The position numbers and the translations under genes were made by a program. The notes beneath the pieces are model-generated. The model saw nothing but the letters and a program-made list of their open reading frames with translations. It was not told where the DNA came from and did not search any database. Below are positions 38,689 to 52,899 of a DNA stretch of 64,000 nucleotides, one piece after another. The stretch is from Lepidodermella squamata. Lineage: Eukaryota > Animalia > Gastrotricha. The first letter of the stretch is position 1. Every line of letters begins with the position of its first letter. The DNA is taken from positions 4,340,001-4,404,000 of the forward strand of contig JBLDXI010000015.1 in NCBI GenBank assembly GCA_047495785.1, written 5' to 3'.

Positions 38689-40722
38689 GGCAGAGTTGCG
38701 CGTGAATTTTTACCGGGCGCGCCTTGTCAAATTAGGGTATTTTTTAGGCGCGCTGTTTTCAAGCGGAAAATCGCCTACGCTCGTTTGCATTCACAATTCT
38801 CATCACGCACTCTCACGAGTAGCGCTCGCTCGATTGATATATATGCGAACAACGGCAAAAACAAAGGCAAAAAGGCGAATATTATTATTTATATATTAAA
38901 CTAGCACTGCTCCGCTCTCCTTTTCTCCGCCCACCCCGCATCACAACCGCGCTTTCCTGGCAAGTATGGTTACTCATCGTGGTCTCGCCATTTCCAACAC
39001 ATGTAATTTATAGAGCCTCTCGTAACACTTGGCTAGGTATATTTTTACCTTGTTTATTTATTAGTACACCTTTGTTGCTGTTATTTATTATTGCAGTCAT
39101 TATAATGCCGAAAAATCGCGGGCGTTTGCGGTTAACAAGAACGCACAACCTCCGCTAAGCTTATGAGGAGAAATCAAGAATAAATATTACATGTACGTGA
39201 AAACTCTTGGTTTCCCATCAATCAGATGGCAAATAATACGTTGTCCACCTACCCTTCATTTTATCGGTATCTTTACGTCCACTACCATAAACAATCCTAA
39301 TCTGCACACACTCCTGTAATCAGGAATTAAAGAAGGAAATTGTGAAAAAATTATCGCTTGCGCCCAGATAGGAATTTTGTGAATATATATTTTATAACCA
39401 CGCCTGCCTACGATGTGTGCAAGGATTATTGCTCCTGTAAATGGGCTTCTTTTCCTTTAGTCGAGGAATATTTTTGCTGCGTCGTTGCTACTTCCCGTTT
39501 TCATCTAATGACTGTGTCAGGTATCGAGCTATACGGAGTTGCGTGTAATGACGCAGGGGCTCTCTTTCCGCGCGAATTTCTCCTATATTTCTCCCTGAAA
39601 ATTTTGGACTATCTGCCGCTGATGCGATTCCTCTTTACTTGAGGTACCTTTCCGAGCTTCAAGAGCAAATATTAATATTTTTACGCAATTGGTTAAACAT
39701 GCCCACGTTTTTTTATAACATTCAAGTCAACAAATTATTACGAGGTATGCTCTTATAATAGCCAGCTCATAATATTTTTTAGCGATAGGTATTGATTATC
39801 CTTCTTCTAGACTGTTTTTTCCCGAAAAAAGGCTCAATAATCACCCAGGACATTCGTTAAATACTTCGTGTGCACTGTAAATTTACGTATACTTGACGTT
39901 TGCCTTCCACTGTGGAGGACCTTTTATACGCTCCTTTAATATACACTTGGCCCCCAGTCTAAATAGCTGTACTTGTATAGCCTATGATTCACGAGATGAG
40001 CTAGACATGCGCGATTTCTGTTTACTACGAAATCATCATCCGTCTTCTTTTGACAGACCGATTTTCATGAGGCAACTAAATTACTGCAGATGCATTTGTG
40101 CTCAAAACAAGTGCCATGTGATTATTGTTCAGCTATTTTGTTGCTCGAAAAAAACAATGGCTTCATAGAGGGTCGTCGGCCATGAATTGTTTCGATTTTT
40201 TACGTGAAAATGCAGGGCTCGTCCCGGAGATTTCTTGGTGACATGGACGTGTCTGTCGCGAATGATTAATTATTTCGATCGCCAAATTTCTCACAGCAGT
40301 GTCTGCGTGCATTGTTTTACCACGCCAAAACGTGTGATTTTCGCGATCATTCCGCATTCAGCTTTTACCCCCGCTGCCCTGTTATAAATACGAAGGAATA
40401 CAGTATTGTCGTCAGTCTTTAAGTATGCCTTCATGTCTCCCGGTCGATGTTTGTAAACAGAGTTCTTCAGAATTGTGAGTTCTTCGCTTTTCGAGTGGTT
40501 TGAGGCTTATATTTACTTACCATAGCAATATATTTGTACGTAAAAATTTTGCCATAAACTTATAGTGCGTGAATATTCAAGACACCTCATCGCCACAATA
40601 GTATAGCGTCAGAGTCTTTCTTATTCAAGCGCTATAAATGTTAGATGAGCTTTCATTTACCTGAATAAGACCAGAATGAAAATTTGAATCGTTTTCTGGC
40701 TAGTTTTAATTAGATTCTTAAC

Positions 40723-41238
40723 ATGGCCTCTTCTGGAGACGGCATTGGTGACGCTCAGAATCTGGAAGATTCAGAATTACTCGTCGCATCATCGAACTCG
40801 ACGGCAGGAAATCTTTCTACAACATTGGCGCCACTTAGTGGAAACATAACAACAGCTATGAATATGATAAAAGGACTCGTTGCTGAAGGCGAAGATGAAA
40901 CAACGACACTGGCATCGACCGATTCTGTCGATAGTGTAACTTCCGAAACCCTCCTTATGGGCTTGAAGAGTTAGTTAAAATACGGAGAGTAACGCAGGAT
41001 ATATCATTTTATTTTTACGTCGATTTCTAGAGGAATATATCATTATCATCGTCTTGGCAATCATCGGTTTCGTCCTCGCCGTTGTTTTTCTAGTCATCAT
41101 TCTGATAAAGCGCCGGTTAGCATTTTTTCTTGCGTGTTATGATTTATATACCGATCCTATTTTTTTAGGGACCTCGCGCGCAGACAACAGAACGAAAGTC
41201 TCCCAGAATCGGTGCCACTGAAAGCGAACAGAGCTTGA
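40723..41238 (+). CDS. Orphan single-pass membrane protein of about 130 aa (3 exons) with a Ser/Thr-rich N-terminus and no signal peptide
   Basis: Spliced frame ...GLKKEYIIIIVLAIIGFVLAVVFLVIILIKRRDLARRQ...; sequons NST, NLS, NIT; TATAAATA near 40383 and an upstream donor near 40475. Confidence 0.75.
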
Positions 41239-41854
41239 TTCGAGGTTCAATCAAAATGCAGTCATCTCCAAATTAAATTTAGCATTGCAATATTTAGCTG
41301 AATTTCGTTATACCTCTTGTTCAATCGGCGCATCTTCTCTTTTCTCTCTTTCCCTCGATCCTTGTTGTTCATCTTGAAGCTATTGTGTGCTTACATGCTT
41401 ATTGGTATTTCCGCGACCGAGTATTTGTAAATACACGCGAACACTGCCTAATGCGCTGTTTCTTTGCATATTGCAATGGCCGACCAATCGCTTTTCTGCC
41501 ACTTGAGAAGGTTGCCTTTCTTTCCGAAATATTGTTGAAGCTTCGTGTATATTCTTGAAAAATTTAGCTTCTTTGAAAGTGATGATGTATATTGTACAGG
41601 AGAGCTGAGCTGGGTTTTGTTATACATGAAAATATGACAGATTTTAATCAATAAACTGAGCGAGAAGTGTTGTATGAAATAAGTTTATTGTGTTTAATGC
41701 AGTCTCAGAAAAGTTCAGAAAAGTTTCTAAAAATCGAGCAGGCGGAAGCGGTCATCAGTAAAATATGTTGGTTAATAAGCAACGATGATAAATGATCGGA
41801 AAAGAAAAAAAGCATTTAGTTTTTAGTTCTTGAGAACTGACTAGGATGTCGCGT

Positions 41855-44656
41855 TTAGCTTGAGCACATGGTGCAGGCTTCCGGGTTTGACAGGGAGCAG
41901 GCAATGCCGGCCATGTTCTGTTCGATCTGGCGCTCGTCGGCGGAGTCGACGGTTTGGTCATCGGATGAATCAACGTCGCTCGGCGATGCGATCATTTTCG
42001 CCATGTTCGGCATCATTTTCGCGGCAGTAGTGCCGTCGGACGTAGGCTTGTTTTCCTTGTCACCTTTCAGGCCAGACTTTTCGCGGCGCAGGGTACGAGC
42101 ATTCGCAACCTTGACCTTCGCTTTGTCAACCGTGAACTGGATTGGTTGAGCGGCAGGCTTAGTGCGCAGGTAGTACATGCCAGTCTTCAGACCCAACTTC
42201 CATCCGTAAAAGTGCATGCTGGTGATCTTGGCGTAGTTCGGCTCGGCCATGTGGATGTTCAATGACTGAGTCTGGTCGATGAAAGGTCCGCGGTCAGCAG
42301 CCATCTTAATGATCGTCTTCTGCGAAATTTCCCACACAGTGCGGTACAGGGCCTTCAGATCGTCGGGGATTGATTGAATTTTCTGAAAATAGGCGGATGA
42401 ATTTTTGACACGATTATTATATCAGATTACAAACCTGGATCGAGCCACCATTAGAAACGATGAGCTGCTTCATTTCCTCGTTCCACAGGCCACGCTCGGC
42501 CAAGTCACGCAGAAGGTGGTGATTGACAATCTGGAACTCACCGCTGAGCACACGACGGGTGTAAACGTTGCTTGTGTACGGTTCGAACGACTCGTTGTTG
42601 CCCAGGATTTGAGCGGTCGAAGCAGTAGGCATGGGTGCGATGAGTAGACTGTTGCGAACACCATGCTTCATCACTTCAGCACGAAGTGCGTCCCAATCGT
42701 GGCGATCAGATGGCTTGACGTCCCACAAATCGAATTGGAATTTCTGATTGGAAAAGCCAAATGTTTTATCGAAAAAAATAATAATTCAATCAACTTACGC
42801 CCTTGCTAATAGGAGAGCCAGGGAAGGTTTCGTAATGGCCATACTTCTTGGCCAGTTCGCAGCTTTCCTTAACAGCAGCGTAGTAGATGGTTTCAAAGAT
42901 CTTGCGGTTGAGATCTTGGGCTTCTTCGCTCTCGAAAGGCATGCGAAGCAGAATGAAACAGTCAGCCAAACCTTGAACACCAAGACCGACTGGGCGGTGA
43001 CGCATGTTCGACTTCTTTGCCTCGGGCACTGGGTAATAGTTGATGTCGATAATCTTGTTCAAGTTGCGAATCGCAACCCTCACGACTTCCATCAGCTTTT
43101 CGTAGTTGAATTCCTTCTTTTCAACATCGACGTACATAGGAAGAGCAACCGACGCCAAGTTGCAAACAGCAACTTCATCGGCTGAAGTGTACTCGACGAT
43201 TTCAGTGCACAGGTTGCTGCCTTTGATGGTTCCGATGTTCTGCTGGTTCGACTTGCGGTTGACTGAGTCTTTGTACAGCATGTACGGCGTGCCAGTTTCG
43301 GTCTGTGACTCGATGATCGCGTACCAAAGTTGCTGAGCTTTGATTGTCTTGCGACCACGGCCTTCTTGCTCGTACTTGGTGTACAGTTTTTCAAACTCTT
43401 CACCCCAGACATCGTCCAGACCGGGGCATTCGTGCGGGCACATGAGAGTCCAGTCGCCGCCCTCTTCAACACGCTTCATGAAGAGATCAGGAACCCACAT
43501 CGCATAGAAAAGATCGCGGGCGCGGTTCTCCTCTTTACCAGTGTTCTTTTTGGCGTCCAAGAAATCAAAGATGTCGGCGTGCCATGGCTCCAAATAGATG
43601 GCGAACGCACCAGGTCGCTTGTTTCCTCCTTGATCAACATACCTATTCATTCAGCACATAAATTAAATAATAAATAAATAAATAAACAATTATTCCCGAA
43701 CCTGGCGGTGTTGTTGAAAACGCGGAGCATAGGTAGCAACCCGTTCGATGTGCCGTTAGTACCAGCGATGTAGCTACCAGTAGCACGGACGCAATGAATC
43801 GACAGGCCTACGCCGCCAGCAGATTTTGAAATCAACGCCGTTTGTTTGAGCGTGTCGTAGATGCCATCAATCGAGTCATTTTTCATGGAGAGGAGGAAGC
43901 AACTCGACAGCTGGGGCTGAGGGGATGCACTATTGAAGAGCGTTGGCGATGCATGCGTGAAAAACTTTTGTGACATAAGGTTGTAGGTCTCAATGGCAGC
44001 ATCAATATCTTCACCATGGATACCAACGGCAACGCGCATGAACATATGCTGAGGACGCTCGGCGACTTTCCCGTTAATCTTCAACAGGTATGAACGCTCC
44101 ATAGTCTGGGATGGCAACACGAATGTTAACAAACAAAATTTAAAATCGTAGACTAACCTTGAAACCAAAATATGTGAAATTGTAGTCGCGATCGTATTTC
44201 ACAGCCTTGTTGAGCTTTTCCGCATTCTGCATGATTATGTCGTAGTACTTGTCAGCGATCATCGGGCATTTACGATTGTTTCGAGGATTGACATAATTGT
44301 ACAAATTGTTTATGGCTTCACTGAACTTTTCGGTTGTTTCCTTGTGCAGATTAGAGACAGCGATGCGGGCAGCAAGAAGTCCGTAGTCAGGATGTTTAGT
44401 AGTCAGATACGCAGCAGTTTCAGCGGCCAAGTTATCAAGTTCGATCGTGGTAACGCCAGGATACAGACCATTGATAACTTTCATAGTTATTTCGGTCGGA
44501 TCAATGAAGCTCATGTTCAAGCCGGAACAGAGCTTCGACAGGCGAAGGGTAATTTTGTCGAACATAACGTTCTCCTTACGGCCATCTGAGCGAAATGAAA
44601 TGTACGCTTAGAGAGGGTGGTAAGCAAATTAACATACCGCGTTTGATAACGTACAT
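41855..44656 (-). CDS. RRM1: Ribonucleoside-diphosphate reductase large subunit
   Basis: ATP cone MYVIKRDGRKE; [57 protein letters not shown]-terminal CxxC. Confidence 0.98.
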
Positions 44657-45002
44657 CTCGGAGGACAAAAAGGATAAAACGAATAAAATTAAAAGCGGCT
44701 AGCAATTAAAACGATCGATATTGCAGTCTCAAACAGTTAAAATCAAGTGAGAAGCGCTCAGAAGCAGGGAACGGTAAAATAAGAGCAAGTGCCAAGTGAA
44801 AACCAACACTAGAAACACTTCCAACGACCACTGGTCCGACCATCCGTATGCATTATCAGTTAGCTACTGGAGCAAGATTTCATCTCATGAAAAACGAGAA
44901 GACTGGCGCTAAATCCATCAAACCACTATCGACATTCAAACAATAGGTCGAATCAATCATCGGCTTTTTAAGGCTGCTGACAATGTGCATTATTGCCGTC
45001 GA

Positions 45003-45127
45003 TCTCGCGCCGTTTAAATTTTCGCGGGCTAATTATAAATTTATTCGTTTACTCAATAATAAGTAACGTTAAATTATATTTTGATTTGTGTTTGATTTAT
45101 AGTTGAAAATATTATGCAGTCACGTGA
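45003..45127. promoter_or_regulatory. E2F-like sites (TCTCGCGCC, TTTTCGCGGG) and GTCACGTGA E-box in the divergent RRM1/POLR3G promoter
   Basis: Motif match; RRM1 is a classic E2F target. Confidence 0.4.
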
Positions 45128-45553
45128 GAGCCCTCTTGCGCGCTCAGATTTCTTCTTATCTGCGGTCTTATGCCCTATGTAAAATGTTAAATTATTGTAA
45201 ATAGTACATAAGGTTCAAATAAAGAAGATTTTGTTGTTTGTTTATGCCCCGGTCTGCCGATGCGGGTTTTCTAACGGAAGACAGCAGGGAAGGGGAATGG
45301 AAGGGAATAACCAAACGTATGACCATTGGTTACTGCGATCGAAATCTAACGGTCAGTTAGCTTCTTCCAGTTTCGGCCGATTTTGTGGTGCATTATACAT
45401 TGTCCTCTCACTGTTGATATGCGACCGCACAGCCTGTTTGATGTTTTGACTTAATCTACGCTTTGATGTAATTCTGTGAATAAGAATGGATTTTTGATAC
45501 CCAGATCATTATGTTATTCGTATTCAGTTTTTAAGCATAAGCATTCAATTGAG

Positions 45554-46907
45554 ATGCCGGGCCGAGGTCGCGGTAGTTTTGGTACCAAGTTCTCCTTTGA
45601 TTTGGCAGTTTTAGGATTTGGAGGTAGATTCGGACTCAGTCAGCTAACTTCAGCTCAGGCTCCACCCTCTTCTTTCCCGGTATGCAGTCCTCTTCATTGC
45701 TTACTTTGGTTACAAAGAAAAACTAATATTTGAAGCCATTAGATGCTCAACCTGCCAAACTAATCGTCGACAACGATCACGAATACCTCGTTGAGCTGAG
45801 TCGCAACTTTCACTCACTTGTGAATGACTCCCCTTTTTACTTGCGGCCTTTAAACGCTCAGAAGCCAAGCATCGAGCGCTACTCTGATTTGATTGAATCT
45901 GACGCTGCGGCTAAGTCGAAGATTGGAAAGTCATGGCCTCCATCAGACCAATGGGCTATAGGTAACTTGAATATTCAATTGGTACTTGATGAAACAAAAT
46001 CTTTATGAATAGTAGCGCAAAAAGGTTCCTTTTTAGGTTCCGATATGTTACGTGTTCCAAAAAATTCAATTTGATCGAGCTTCGGTACCGGGTGTTTCAC
46101 TGATTACTGCCACTGTACTTACAAAAGTTGCCAAAGGCCATTTCGCTTCAGTAGTTTGATTGTTTGATAGTTATTTTGAAATGAACGTAACGTGGTCAAC
46201 TTTTCCGCACTACTGTTATTCCCCATTTATTCCCCTATTTTGTGTTTTGAAGCGTTTTTTGAAGCCCGAAAACTAAGCATTTTTTAGGTTCATTCTCCCC
46301 CAAATTGGTTCAAAATTACACACGAGGTTACCAAAAATTGTACACCCCAAAAACTCTTCTTAACAACTAAACTAATTTTTTTCTTATTGCAGATTGGGAG
46401 CGGTTTCCGATGGAGCTCCGTCCATCGTCAATGCGGTTATCGGGAAACAATGCTTCTGGAAAGAGGGTTGCCAAAAAACAGAAGGGTTCTGGTGATAAGA
46501 ATGAGACGCCCGACAAGAAGAAACGGCGCCTCCGCGTGAAAGATGAAGTTGATGATGAAACTATCGAAAGACGACTAGCCGCTTTAGAGCAGTTGGAAAA
46601 AAATCCGAACACAACTACTGACTCTTTGTTATCAAACATCAAGCAGGAAATTGTCGACATTCCTGAAGATGGGGCTGATGATGACGCCGATAGTGACGCT
46701 GATAATGCTGATGCTACCGAGCCAGGCAAGAAAAAGAAGGTGGCTAGCGATGATGAAGACAATGCTAACGATGGATCTGGTGAAGAAGAACAAGCGCAAG
46801 ATGAAGATTTTGATGAAGAAATGGGTGACTATGGAGAAGATTACTTCGACAACGGGGAGGCGTATGAGGATGACGATGACGGCGATAACGAAGGACCGAC
46901 TTACTAG
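45554..46907 (+). CDS. POLR3G: RNA polymerase III subunit RPC7/C31 family (3 exons)
   Basis: MPGRGRG, PPSSFPPL, SPFYL, IERYSD, DWERFPMELRP, acidic tail DYGEDYFDNGEAYEDDDDGDNEGPTY. Confidence 0.88.
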
Positions 46908-49465
46908 TCACATCTTATTAATAAAGTCTTTCGCAATCTTTGTTTCAATTTTATAGATATCTATCTCAATGTTGTGGTTATTAAAAATTAATAAAACCCC
47001 ACCTATCATTTTTACCTGTTGATTTTTCGAAACTGGTGGCATATATCATCTCGAAATAGATGAATCAACAAAATTTTATAATTATGCGGTGGCACTTGGA
47101 GGAGTAGGAGTACTGCATGAAGTGAGAGCTCGCTTTATCAACCGTCAACCACCTCTACCAGTTAGCAAAGAGTGATTGGTCTAGGCAGTGTTTTTTTAAG
47201 GTGTGTAAGAGTGTCATACACCAAAGCGGGCAAATTTACACACCAAAATTTTGGAAACTTTCAATTTTCGCATTTACTCACCCCCCATTTTCACAGATTT
47301 CACAGGTCTATTTCTAAATGTTTAATCAATCGGCTAAAAGTCGTCCGATGTTACACGACGCCAGGATTTTCTTCTCAACATCACTCAGCTGTTTTAGTGT
47401 AATTATTCGTCCGGTGGTATAACTTGACAATCCTGATGCGCTGTTCTGAGGTGAATTTGAGAAAAACCATAATATTAATTTAATACTAAGGTTCAATTAA
47501 GGATTATTACGAGTGATCAGATTCTAGTCAGTTTGCAGTTTGCTTCATGAATATTACCTAACACTAATACAACTTTTCTACAACTAATAGAAAAATTTCA
47601 TGTCATTTTCATGAGGTCATCAAAAATCCCACGCGACTTTTCTCAGCGAGAGAAAACTTGCCAACTGACGGGTGGGCAGTTCAGTTTCAGCTTCAGCGTT
47701 TTTCTTACAGTACAGAACTTCTGACTGTCACTGCAATGCAGACCCTTAACAGGACTCCTCGGCTGTCATGGAAAACTTCAAGACTTGACAGGAACTACTG
47801 TATATTTTATTGATGTATAGGCCTGTTATTGTAATATTGTTCTTAGTCCCTGCGCCGATGCCATCGAGCGCATGTGTCTGCCACGAAGCTGATCCTAGTC
47901 GAGTCCGTTGGAAACTAGAAGACTGCGGTGTACATTTTGATCCCACTTCAAAGTGCAAGCTCAAGAACTTGCCCACTAAATCATGAGACGTCTCATGCCT
48001 CATGCACTAAATCAGTAATCATCCATAAAGGTTCAATGGCGAGTGACGCTAAAGGCCTATCCAGCCGACAAGCCAATAAAAACGATTGCTGGAACAAAAT
48101 TCTGAACAAGTGCTTACTATAAAATGCATTTTCAAGAGGGATATGACATCTAGATCGGTTAAACTAATACTAAAGTTGTTTCTGTAAATAAAAATCTCAG
48201 CTCGAAGCCGTTCATAGCAAGAAATAAGAATTTCTTCAGCGATGACGACCGTTTTCTGCGTCACATGGTCGTTTACTGCTTGATAAGTAGATAGGTCAGC
48301 TCACTGTAGGAGCCGTTCACCCACTATAAAATAATCATATTGGTTCCAGTCAAACATCAGGGTCGGATTTGACCATTTTGGCGAAAATCGACCCGAGTGA
48401 TGGATAGATTTTTGGTGTCGGTTCTACGATTTGGACTCGGCTACCGGCTTTTCCAAATCAGCAGGTCTTCGATATGATGATAATATTAGACTATCTGATA
48501 GGTTTAGAAATTCCCTTACTAGTTAGCCAACTTAGGTGGCTCGCGTCTTGGTCGCAGCGCGCCGTGCGCCGTGCCAAACAAAAGATTAACTGCGGCTATT
48601 GCCTCTGTCCAATTACAATAAAAAAGTATGATATGCTGTTTATCATTATTCTTTTATCGATGGCTATTTATATCTAAATTTTTATATATGCGGCACAATT
48701 GTTAGTTAAGGCAAGTTTTGGGCGCTAAAAAACTGATGCGCATTAGTCACAAAACGGGCTCATCTCGCGTTGGCTTACAACATCGTGAATCGTGACATTC
48801 TCCTCGAAGCGGTTCTGAAATAGCCCAGAAAAAGGTCGAGAATGCAACGCGCGTCGGAATCAGGGCAGTCATGATGTAGCCGGACAGGTTTTCCTGACGA
48901 GCTTCTGATTCACGACGATTGATTTCGTGTGAAAATGGAAAGTATCGTCTCGGCGACTCGGGTTTTTTTAACTGACGCCCAAGCATATTTTAGGACGATT
49001 GGCGATTGGGCTTATGAATCCATCCATTAATTCAGTCACCCATTTATTACATTGATGGCTGTAATCGAAATATATTTTTCAAAAGTGCAAAGTGCAAAGT
49101 GCAAGCAAAATATTGCTGTCTACCTGACATTGAGCTCCAGCGAACCTGGAAGGTAAAAAGGACGACACAGGGGTTCACTGGCCAGTCTCGCCACTTGCGC
49201 CGTTATTGTACTCCATATTCCAAACATAATAATGTGTCCAAACGTCTCCCTTCATTTATCAATAATTTTACTTTTATTTATATGCGCTTTGGATTCAAAG
49301 AATTCACGAATCTCGAACTGCTGGTTGCATGTCAACTATATTCAAGCTACTTTATCTCACTATGGAATTTCGCCTTATAAATTTGTTTTTATTTATCTAA
49401 TAGGTGACAGTTAGGCGTTGGTCCTTTAAATAAGTGGTGTTGGCATAGCGTCAAGGCCTCGTTCA

Positions 49466-52400
49466 ATGTCGCTGAGTGAGGAAAGCGTCGATTTAAATGA
49501 AGCCGATTGTCTCATGCGAGAAAGACGACGTCGGAGCCGGATGAATGTCATGAAAACTTTGAACGACATACCGGAGAATATCGGCCTGTGGTTTAAAAGC
49601 AAACTTTGTCCATGCTTAAAGGAGCGCGAATTGCAGGCTAGGACAGTTCCAATCGGCCAGACTGTTCCAGAATTGAAAAATTTATACGTCAAAAACAGCA
49701 TTCGGAATACAAAATATACACTTTTCACCTTCCTCCCGGGATGCCTTTACGAAAATATCAAGCTGTTTGTTAACTTTTTCAACGTCATGTTGGCATGTTC
49801 TCAATTCATCCCGCAGCTCAAAATAGGAGATCTGTATACATACTGGGCCCCTCTTGGTTTCATAATGTTTGTCTCCGTTTGTCGCGAAGCTGTCGATGAA
49901 ATTCGTAGGTGGCGTCGTGATCGAGAGGTGAATGGCACCAAGTATTATCGAATGTTGCCGAATGGGTCTTTTGACTCTGTCTGTAGTGCTGATATAACAG
50001 TTGGCGATATCATCAAGGTTGAGAAAGGCTCTAGAATACCAGCCGATATGGTGATCCTGAAAACATCGGAAACCTTGGGAACATGTTTCCTAAAGACCGA
50101 CCAGTTGGATGGTGAAACTGATTGGAAGCTCAAAATAGCTCTTCCTCTAACGCAGCAAATCGCGAACGATGCCGAAATTATGCGGCGCGACTGCCAGATT
50201 TACGCAGAAAAACCTCATAAGGACATATACAGCTTCACTGGTGTGTTCACGGAGCGAAAATCTGATGGTTCGACAACCGACCTGCCAATTGGGGTGGAAA
50301 ATGCAATATGGGCTAGCACTGTCTTGGCAAGTGGATCTCTGTTGGGAGTTGTTGTTTACACTGGAGGTGACACTCGAAGCGTATTGAACACTAACATGGC
50401 CACTCCCAAACTAGGCCGCCTTGATCTCGAGTCGAACTTTATAATCAAGGTATGGCTGCTACATTCCACCAGGCTTGATAATTAATCTTATATTTTAGTT
50501 GCTGTTCATGTTCACGTTCGTCATATCTCTGAGCTTGTGCGCGATTCTTCAATTCATTGAACGCTGGTGGCTCTTCCTGTGTCGATACATCATTCTTTTC
50601 TCAAACATGGTTCCACTGAGGTAAGTCCTCTCGTACATTATATGTCTCGTAGACTCACTGTCTTGGTATCTTACAGTCTTGTTGTAAACTTGCAAATGTC
50701 GAAGATCGTTCAATCGCTTTATGTTCAACGAGATCCTGAAATACCGGGTATGCAATCAGGGGTTGGCAGTCATTCATTGTTGACGTTTATTACTCTGATT
50801 TCAGGAACTGTCGCTCGAAACACTGGTATCGTTGAAGAACTTGGGCGTGTTCAAATCTTGCTATCAGATAAAACTGGAACTTTGACGCAAAATTTGATGA
50901 CATTCAAAAAACTTCACCTTGGATCTGTTGCGTTTTCGAGTGAAACTCTTTTGGAAGTTCGCAACTATCTTCGGGAAGCTCTGGTTGGAACCACTGAAGT
51001 ATCAGACGGTGCTTCTGGTCGTCTCAAGTATAGCGTTGCTGGCCGAGTTTATGACGCCGTTCGAGCACTCGCTAGTTGCCACAATGTTACACCTACGATC
51101 GACTCTGACACTGGTGAGTTGGTTTACCAAGCGTCAAGTCCCGATGAGGTCGCTCTCGTCCAATGGAGCGAGGAAGTTGGTATTGCCTTAATCAAGCGTG
51201 AGCTCGACTCAATGACTTTGAAGTTGGTCGATGGCTCCGAATATGAAATCAAAATTCTGAACATCTTCCCATTTACGTCGGACAACAAGCGCATGGGTAT
51301 AATTGTGAAGGAACCCAACGGTCAGATTGTGTTCTACTTGAAGGGTGCCGATGTCGTCATGTCAAAAATTGTTCAGTACTCAGACTGGCTGGAAGAAGAG
51401 TGCGACAATATGGCTCGCGAGGGATTGCGTACACTCGTTGTTGGTCGAAAATTGCTAACGCAAGAACAGTATCGCGACTTCGATCAAAGGTACCAGCAGG
51501 CGAATCTTTCCCTTGAGGGCCGGTCGGCTAAAGTTCGTGCGGTTATTGAGAGCTTGGAACGCGATTTGGATCTGCTTTGTGTGACTGGCGTTGAAGATCG
51601 CTTGCAGGAAAATATTCGTCAGACCCTGGAGGCTCTGCGCAATGCAGGCATCCGAGTTTGGATGTTGACAGGAGACAAGCTGGAGACTGCAACCTGCGTA
51701 GCGAAATCTTCACGTCTTTTCTCACCGAAAACTACCATCCACACGTTCCGCGAAGTTTTCAGCCGAGAAGATGCCCACCAAGAACTAAATGCCCTCCGAC
51801 GTCGCGCAGATTCGTGTGCTCTCATTATCTCAGGTCGATCGATGCAGAATTGCGTGACTTTTTACGAGGAAGACTTTGTTCAACTTGCCATGCTGTGCCC
51901 TGCCGTAGTCATCTGCCGTTGCTCTCCTACGCAAAAAGCCGATGTAGTGACGCTGTTAAAGAAGCATACCAATCGCGTTGTTGCCGCAATCGGCGATGGT
52001 GGTAATGATGTTTCTATGATTCAAGCGGCCAGCGTCGGAATCGGTATCGTCGGAAAGGTCGGTTTAACTTTATCTTGAGATTGTTTCCTACAATACTTTC
52101 CATTTCCACAGGAGGGTCTCCAAGCCGCGTTGGCTTCTGATTTCTCCATTACACAGTTTAGTCATTTACAGCGATTGTTATTCGTGCATGGTCGCAACAG
52201 TTACAAATCAGCTGCGTCACTGACCATCTTCGTCCTACATCGTGGTCTCATTTTGACTTGCGTTCTTTTAATCATTTTCTCGTTCTTGTACCTTTGCCCG
52301 TTGCTGCCGTTCCCTGGCCTTTTACTTGCGGGTTACTCGACAGTATTCACGATGTTTCCAGTGTTCTCGCTGGTTTTGGATCAAGATATCTCCCCTGATA

Positions 52401-52899
52401 TTGCTATGAAATTCCCCGAGTTGTACAAAGAAATGACGAAAGGTCGAGATCTATCAATGAAGCGATTCGTTCTCTGGGTTCTGGTGTCTCTATACCAAGC
52501 TTGCATTATAACATACATGGGCATTTTCTTCACCATGGACCAAGATGCTGTTAATATTGCGCAAATTATTTTCACCTCCTTGGTTGCGACTGAACTTATA
52601 ATGGTTTTGATGGTTATTCGGAAACCCCATTGGCTTATGTTTGTCGCTGAAATCGCTAGCTTGATTTTCTACGTCATTGCCGTGGTTATTTTGAACCAGA
52701 TGCAGCAATTCGGTAAGCCATTTAACTTCAATATTATTCACTATTTATTTCTATTTATTTTTCAGACGTGCGATTTTATTACAAGCCGGACTTCTGGTGG
52801 AAATTTGCGGTCATGACGGCTATCAGTTGCATTCCGTTATATTTGTTCAAATTCTTTCGATACAAATTTGCCCCACCGTCATACACTAAGCTTTCGTAA
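49466..52899 (+). CDS. ATP9: P4-ATPase phospholipid flippase, class II (ATP9A/B, Neo1)
   Basis: TDQLDGETDWKLK, LLSDKTGTLTQN, YQASSPDEVALV, WMLTGDKLETA, AIGDGGNDVSMIQ, PPSYTKLS. Confidence 0.95.

Noticed and set aside
45985-46105. C/D snoRNA in POLR3G intron 2 (TGATGA...CTGA)
   Set aside because: No terminal stem and no recognisable rRNA antisense element
48500-48770. RNase MRP RNA (AAACGGGCTCAT resembles CR-V)
   Set aside because: No convincing GAAAGUCCCC CR-I partner upstream
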